Shown: positions 24,123 to 29,114 of the stretch, piece after piece | Layout: each line of letters starts with the position of its first letter | How positions within the stretch are numbered: position 1 is the first letter of the stretch | Virus record (IMG/VR): IMGVR_UViG_3300030330_004014 | Span: 1 to 29,114 of that record | DNA: 29,114 bases | Direction: 5' to 3' (one strand) | Origin: a virus | Lineage: Duplodnaviria; Caudoviricetes | The notes under the pieces: model-generated | What the model was told of the DNA's origin: nothing | What the model saw: the letters and a program-made list of their open reading frames with translations, nothing else | Databases searched by the model: none | Program-made: the position numbers and the translations under genes

Positions 24123-25124
24123 TGATTCTAATATACCGCTTTTTATTATTTGTTCAAAAACAAATTGGGCGCATTGTGGAACAATAGCGTTACCCAATGC
24201 TTTTAACTTAGCCACCCGATTGGGAACCCCATCATCTCCTCTACAAAATGCGGGTTGAGTCGGGAAGTTTTCCCAATTGTTTTTTGTGTTAAGCCTTGCA
24301 TTTTCGCCAATTCTACATTTAAGCAGTCTTTTCTTTTCCATTGGCTCGGTGTGGATGGATTGTTTTTGGCTGTGTTTGCTGTCATAGTCGGCAGCATCCT
24401 TAACGCTGTGGCCAGTTTGGGCGTGCTGACTTTCCCAGCTGCTTTTCTCTTTAGAAAGCCTTCTATTGATTCGTCTGTCATTGCTGAAGCTCTGGGCGTT
24501 GGTAATAATGCTTGATTCAACATGTAAACCAATGGGCGGCCGCCTTGGGCAAACTTCTTTTTTCTTTCCATGTGTAATGGCGTTGGTGTTGGTAAAAGGC
24601 CGTCTCTTGTTAATGCGTGTTTTGGTAACCCCAACGCAAAACCATCTTTTTCTAAGGTGTGGCGCTCCGAATTGTGCAGCCGATATAATCGACCATTCGC
24701 AGTCATACCCGATTTTGGCAAGGCTTCCAATAACTGTGGGGCCACCCACATTAGTGATGTTTGGGACATTTTCCATGACAACGATTCTGGGTCTAATGTC
24801 GCTAATAATGCGGAGCATTTCAAACCATAAACTCGACTTTTCACCATTTTCTACACCTTTTTGTAAACCTGCCACGCTAATGTCTTGGCAAGGAAAACCA
24901 CCTATTAAAATATCTACTGGATCAACGTTTTTAACTTCTCTAATATCGCTATATAAAACCGCTTCTGGCCAATGCTTCTTTAAGATCGTTTGGCAAAATG
25001 GGTTTTGTTCGATCTGCCAGCTAACTTTATGATCTATGCCAGCATTATCAAAAGCCCATTGGAGGCCAAGCTCAAAACCACCAATCCCAGAAAAACAGGA
25101 GCCTATTTTATAAACGTGATCCAT
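24108..25124 (-). CDS. DNA cytosine-C5 methyltransferase, large (alpha) polypeptide
   Basis: Motifs I (FSGIGG), IV (GFPCQ), VI (ENV), VIII (HLRKRWF) and X (LGNAIV). No motif IX is evident in this frame. Confidence 0.92.
   Translation of the reverse strand: MDHVYKIGSCFSGIGGFELGLQWAFDNAGIDHKVSWQIEQNPFCQTILKKHWPEAVLYSDIREVKNVDPVDILIGGFPCQDISVAGLQKGVENGEKSSLWFEMLRIISDIRPRIVVMENVPNITNVGGPTVIGSLAKIGYDCEWSIISAAQFGAPHLRKRWFCVGVTKTRINKRRPFTNTNAITHGKKKEVCPRRPPIGLHVESSIITNAQSFSNDRRINRRLSKEKSSWESQHAQTGHSVKDAADYDSKHSQKQSIHTEPMEKKRLLKCRIGENARLNTKNNWENFPTQPAFCRGDDGVPNRVAKLKALGNAIVPQCAQFVFEQIIKSGILESQQTT
24203..24847 (-). CDS. Nested alternative-frame C5 methyltransferase small (beta) polypeptide
   Basis: 214 aa wholly inside the alpha gene, with repeated LPTP units and a motif IX-like end 'RLNPHFVEEMMGFPIGW'. 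Confidence 0.75.
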   Translation of the reverse strand: MVKSRVYGLKCSALLATLDPESLSWKMSQTSLMWVAPQLLEALPKSGMTANGRLYRLHNSERHTLEKDGFALGLPKHALTRDGLLPTPTPLHMERKKKFAQGGRPLVYMLNQALLPTPRASAMTDESIEGFLKRKAAGKVSTPKLATALRMLPTMTANTAKNNPSTPSQWKRKDCLNVELAKMQGLTQKTIGKTSRLNPHFVEEMMGFPIGWLS

Positions 25125-25128
25125 TAAA

Positions 25129-25180
25129 TCCTTTTGTGTCTGCCTAAATACTATTTAGTATCTATTTAAGCGATATGCAA
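25129..25180 (-). promoter_or_regulatory. Promoter, perfect palindrome and degenerate leader box of the methylase operon
   Basis: TTGCAT(25180)-17-TAAATA; CTAAATA-C-TATTTAG at 25144-25158; GCAGACACAAAAGGA at 25129-25143. Confidence 0.65.
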
Positions 25181-25186
25181 AAAAAA

Positions 25187-25258
25187 AGTTTTCTATAGAC
25201 TTTTCAATAGCCTGTGGAAAACCCTGTGGAAAACTCTGTGGAAAACCCTGTGGAAAAC
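25187..25258 (-). repeat. Array of DnaA-box-like repeats, copy B (inverted relative to A)
   Basis: TGTGGAAAA at 25213, 25225, 25237 and 25249. The minus-strand flank GGCTATTGAAAAGTCTATAGAAAACT matches the flank of copy A. Confidence 0.85.
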
Positions 25259-25890
25259 TATTTCTTTGGTGTTTTCTTTTTGCCTTTTGCAGCTGGGCCT
25301 TTTTTCTCTGGGGCTAAAAGCGTATAGGTTACAGCCTTATCCCAATTTGGATGGGTTTTGAATTGCATGTCAACCAAATGAAGAACTCGGTCTAAATCTT
25401 CTGCCCTTCTTAGCGTTTGGCATCCGGCGCTATAGCGCCCTATAGTGTCAACCTCATAATCTGCGTGAGATCGATGTAAATTCACACCATAGAGTCCAGT
25501 GGATGTAGAGCCAGCATTCATATCTATGATTTTGTCTTTGTTATTATCTCTGAAGCATTTAACGGGGCGGCGCTGGCATAAAGCTTTATATTTGCCACGA
25601 TGATAATCAACGCGGTAAACGCTACGATATTGTCCAGGGCATAGAATAGCAGTCCCTAAAACATTTATGGGGTTTTTTAAAAAGTAGAGGCCGGGATCTG
25701 TTGTGATCTGGAAGCTTTCAACCTGCCACAATCCATTTTTTTTGTAGACTACAAATAAAATATCATCGTATTTATCTGGCTGGCCGTTTGGGTTTCTGAC
25801 ACCAATTAAATTTATGTCATAATCTCCAGTATCAAAAATTAAATGGCCAGCGGCCAAAACGTCTTTAAGGATTTGTGGTAGCTCTTGCAT
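25258..25890 (-). CDS. Candidate endolysin, L,D-transpeptidase (YkuD)-like (start revised to 25890, MQELPQ...)
   Basis: 'TTDPG', 'GVNLH...SAGCQ' His/Cys motif, basic C-terminal tail, AGGA RBS. Last gene of the tail unit. Confidence 0.6.
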   Translation of the reverse strand: MQELPQILKDVLAAGHLIFDTGDYDINLIGVRNPNGQPDKYDDILFVVYKKNGLWQVESFQITTDPGLYFLKNPINVLGTAILCPGQYRSVYRVDYHRGKYKALCQRRPVKCFRDNNKDKIIDMNAGSTSTGLYGVNLHRSHADYEVDTIGRYSAGCQTLRRAEDLDRVLHLVDMQFKTHPNWDKAVTYTLLAPEKKGPAAKGKKKTPKK

Positions 25891-25900
25891 TTTTTTTCCT

Positions 25901-27565
25901 TTAGTAGTAGGTGAAATTATCACGATATAAAGCCACTTGAATAGAACAATAACCGCGTGAAACTTCCCAAGAAACAGAAGTAACCATAGCGCGTTGACGT
26001 TCAAAATTACCGTCCCCTTTTATAGGGCTTTGTAAAAATCTGGTTGTGATTTCTACCAGATCACCAGCGCACAGTTTTGCATATTTAGGGGTGAGTCTTA
26101 AATCTATTGTTTCTGTGACATTTCGCGCCCATGGTAAAAGTCTTTTACTGTCATTTGTCGCCATTTGTGATGCATTTAGTGTAACGTCATATAGACGGCT
26201 TCCATCTGCATTATAAACGCTTTCAAATGGTAAGCTTGGCATATCGTTAGTTACCTTAATGCTTCCATTATTGCCGTTTGTTGTGCTGTCGATTGGGTAA
26301 AGAATAAAAACCCCAGCATATATTAAAGGATTTTGGGCACTAAATAAACTGTGGCGCGTGATTTCTATAATGTCCGTTTCTGATATTGTTACGCAATGAA
26401 TTGAAGCGTTATAAATATCTTGGCAACCACGCCAGCTAACTGAATCTTGACGCCAAACAGGCCACATGCCAAGTGGTTTAACCAAATCAGAATAACCGCG
26501 TAAACCTGCTGATAAACTGCTTTCTAATGGTATGGAAAACTTATAGTTCGTGCCTGTTCCACCAGGTGGCGTGTGAAAATATGCGCTGTGAATATTCATG
26601 TCGTTAACGTCTACCAGATCATAAGGAAAATTGCCTTCTGATGCCCATGACTGTGGGAAGCGATTTGTGTTTAATGACCCACTATTATCTCTGGAAAGAA
26701 TCATGTAGGTTAATAAATCCCATGGGTGGCCATGTATAAAAGCCAAACTGGTAACTGTCCCACTATGAAAGCTCTGTAATGGTGCGTCACCTGGATAAAT
26801 TACACTGCCGCCTTTAGATGCAGCTGTTAAAGTCAGATCACCAGAGCCAGTAGTGGCAGAAATAGCAGACCATTCAAAATGGGCCGTACCAAGCGAAGCG
26901 CCGCCAGCGTCTTTCATTTCTATTTTGCATAAGCCATTTTCAGCATATTGTTTTTTGAAAAACTGGCATTTGTTAATTGTTATTGTATTGCCGCCCAGTG
27001 TATAAGCTGAAGCGGTGGCCGTCATGCCAATGGTTCTAAAAAACTGCCCATATTTAACAGAATTTCCACCACCAGTTATATCAAATCCATCGCTGTTGCA
27101 TTTGCCGCTCGTTGTTCCTTGCAGACTTGATAACAAATCTTGGAAAACAAAAGACCATTTGCCGTTTTTACCATTTATTTCTTTTAACTGGCCAAATGCT
27201 ATTCTTTCTTCTTCATCGCCAAGAATCATGTAGAGCCCAGCAAAAACACCACGCATCAAATTTGGATAGTATTGGCTAATGTCGCCCACTATCGGCACTT
27301 CAAAGCCACCCATAGAAACGCCCCATGTCACTGGCGTTATTTTTGTGCCACTTATTCTTGGGCCTTCGGCGCTGATATAGGCGGGTTTATGCTGGTTGGT
27401 TGTTTGGGATGGATCTAAACCCCCAGAGATAGTAAAAAAACCACCAGGGCCACGCGGTGTTTTGTGAAACTTCAATTTATAGCGTGGTGTCATTTCGCTA
27501 CGATCTAAGTTTATTTTAAATCCAGAAGACCAAGCCATTTTAACCTCTATTGTATCCCGGCCCAT
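25901..27565 (-). CDS. Putative tail tip/hub protein
   Basis: About 550 aa, second gene after the tape measure. C-terminal 'KLCAGDLVEI' resembles hub proteins. The start may be 27538. Confidence 0.6.
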   Translation of the reverse strand: MGRDTIEVKMAWSSGFKINLDRSEMTPRYKLKFHKTPRGPGGFFTISGGLDPSQTTNQHKPAYISAEGPRISGTKITPVTWGVSMGGFEVPIVGDISQYYPNLMRGVFAGLYMILGDEEERIAFGQLKEINGKNGKWSFVFQDLLSSLQGTTSGKCNSDGFDITGGGNSVKYGQFFRTIGMTATASAYTLGGNTITINKCQFFKKQYAENGLCKIEMKDAGGASLGTAHFEWSAISATTGSGDLTLTAASKGGSVIYPGDAPLQSFHSGTVTSLAFIHGHPWDLLTYMILSRDNSGSLNTNRFPQSWASEGNFPYDLVDVNDMNIHSAYFHTPPGGTGTNYKFSIPLESSLSAGLRGYSDLVKPLGMWPVWRQDSVSWRGCQDIYNASIHCVTISETDIIEITRHSLFSAQNPLIYAGVFILYPIDSTTNGNNGSIKVTNDMPSLPFESVYNADGSRLYDVTLNASQMATNDSKRLLPWARNVTETIDLRLTPKYAKLCAGDLVEITTRFLQSPIKGDGNFERQRAMVTSVSWEVSRGYCSIQVALYRDNFTYY

Positions 27566-28385
27566 ATGGGCTAATGTATTCGTATGGCTGGAATTGCTCT
27601 TCTAATGTAAAGCGCTGTCTGGCGTCTTCCATTGTTACTTCTGGCGGTGTGGGTTCATCTGCAACACCGTTGAATTCTGATCTGAATTCGCTACCTTGAT
27701 CTGGATGGTATCTGAACATTAAAGAAGCATCCACCACCAATTCAACATTTAAGCTCCAGAGTATTCCGTTTTCATTGGTTATAATGCTTTGGCCGATCTG
27801 ATCAGATGGGCGCTTTAAGCCACCCCAACATCTGTACCACCTTAAAAAACTAAGCCTATCGCCATAAGTAAATGAAACATCGTTAGTGGTCATGCTGCCG
27901 CCAGTGATCGCAGAAAGCCCAGAGCTATTGGACACCTTTTTAATTTCCTGATACATGCCGGGGCCCATAGTCTCTAAAACAACATAATCATTGGCCGCTG
28001 GTGTAGCTGTTCCAACAAAATCATAAAACGGGTTAGGGTAAAGCTCTATATTGGTATCACCACCCACCAAACTGTTTTTTACTGGTGCATAAAAAGTTTT
28101 GTCTGAATCGGCAGAAAAGAAAACACTAAATCCACGATCTAAATGGTTTTGCATGGCAATTAATTGATGTGCAATTGTTTCCCCTCCGCTTAATCTATCG
28201 CGTGAGATGGTGATTCGTTCGCGTGTCATGCCGTTAACTCTTCGCATTTTACCCGATAGGGTAACGCCTGTGTCAGCGTTCCATTCTATATCAGAAAACA
28301 ATTGGCCTAATGGATCACCCAGATCAATAGTCACAAGCTTATTCCCATCTGGCTGGGGATAATAGTAAAAAATAGCGTTGCCCAT
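27540..28385 (-). CDS. Putative distal tail protein
   Basis: 281 aa immediately downstream of the tape measure gene. Confidence 0.55.
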   Translation of the reverse strand: MGNAIFYYYPQPDGNKLVTIDLGDPLGQLFSDIEWNADTGVTLSGKMRRVNGMTRERITISRDRLSGGETIAHQLIAMQNHLDRGFSVFFSADSDKTFYAPVKNSLVGGDTNIELYPNPFYDFVGTATPAANDYVVLETMGPGMYQEIKKVSNSSGLSAITGGSMTTNDVSFTYGDRLSFLRWYRCWGGLKRPSDQIGQSIITNENGILWSLNVELVVDASLMFRYHPDQGSEFRSEFNGVADEPTPPEVTMEDARQRFTLEEQFQPYEYISPYGPGYNRG

Positions 28386-28388
28386 GGT

Positions 28389-28980
28389 TTAACCTGCGAA
28401 AAGTGTTGATCTGCTCTGTCCAAATAATTGGTATCTTTGTTCTATTCTATTAACCAATTCATCAATGGCCGATCTTTCTGTAACGATTGAATTGATATTG
28501 ATATTGGTGGCATTGCTGCCGCTGCCGATGCTATCCAATGTTCTGGTTACAGCCTGTGGAGCCATTCCGCTTTGGGGTACTACAAATTCATTGGGATGTA
28601 ATAGAGCCATTCCTGTTCCTCTGGTCATACGCATACCACTACGGCCGCTTAATGGTCTGGCACTACCGCCGCTTCTCATTCCTTGATCGTCACCACCACC
28701 AAATAACCAGCCAGCCCAAAAATCAAATATCTGCGTGATTTGGCGGCCCAGATATTCAAAAAATCCTTCACCAGCTTGTGGCGTTAAAGCATCAAAAGCA
28801 CCAGTTAGAATATCACCAATGGCTTTTATCAATTCAACCAATAAAACGGGGATGGCTGATAAAATAGCCAGTGATAAACCTGTGATAAGTTTAGGCAATA
28901 GTTTAATTAAAATCTTTGGTAACACTTGCAGACCCTTAATAAAAGCTTGGGTAAAGGCCATCATTTCAGCCTCTATTTCT
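28389..28980 (-). CDS. Tape measure protein, 3' part
   Basis: Continuation of 2072..1, with amphipathic helices and a C-terminal 'ALLHPNEFVVP...NININ' typical of TMP ends. Confidence 0.85.
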
Positions 28981-29114
28981 GCTGGGTCTTTTTCCCCTAA
29001 CGCCGTTAAACCTTGCACAAGTGACCCGAAAGTTTGACCAATAGCAGCCCCAGCCGGTCCACCTAAAGCAGTGCCAATGCCAGCGGCCACGCCTGTTATC
29101 ATAGATGCCGGATC
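28981..29114. repeat. Terminal direct repeat, copy 2
   Basis: Duplicate of 1-134 with one mismatch. Confidence 0.95.

Noticed and set aside
24255-25032. Plus-strand ORFs opposite the methylase
   Set aside because: Antisense to a region already coding in two frames, with no independent evidence.
1-29114. Alternative genetic code, DGR/reverse transcriptase, tRNA genes
   Set aside because: Genes tile densely under the standard code with all three stops used. I saw no RT motif, template/variable repeat pair or cloverleaf.
1-29114. Apparent abundance of GGCC/TGGCCA and GATC as a clue to methylase targets
   Set aside because: Visual impression only. It needs k-mer observed/expected counts, which I cannot run.

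Overview
The window appears to be a complete, circularly assembled genome of a small tailed dsDNA phage (about 28,980 bp; bases 1-134 recur at 28981-29114 with one synonymous mismatch). It is siphovirus-like. It encodes TerS/TerL, portal, MuF-like minor head protein, HK97-type prohead protease and capsid, neck proteins, tail tube, a tail-chaperone pair, an 887-aa tape measure protein spanning the origin, tail-tip genes, a fibre and a candidate endolysin. Non-structural genes include RusA, two DNA methyltransferases and a candidate single-strand annealing protein. I recognise no integrase, CI-type repressor, polymerase, helicase or primase. The virion genes are scattered across several oppositely oriented units. 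The main unexplained signal is regulatory. (1) A box, CAGCAAACGACAnnAGGAG, overlaps the ribosome-binding site of six leftward non-structural genes. Its complement lies just before the terminator of a short predicted rightward transcript (about 5300-5515), suggesting one antisense RNA that silences a dispersed set of genes. (2) A 15-bp palindrome, CTAnATA(G/C)TATnTAG, precedes five leftward units. (3) Two inverted arrays of DnaA-box-like 12-mers lie about 13 kb apart. There are also two candidate recoding sites (portal-MuF -1, tail chaperone +1) and a nested two-frame C5 methyltransferase. All product calls rest on motif recognition and gene context, not database searches.
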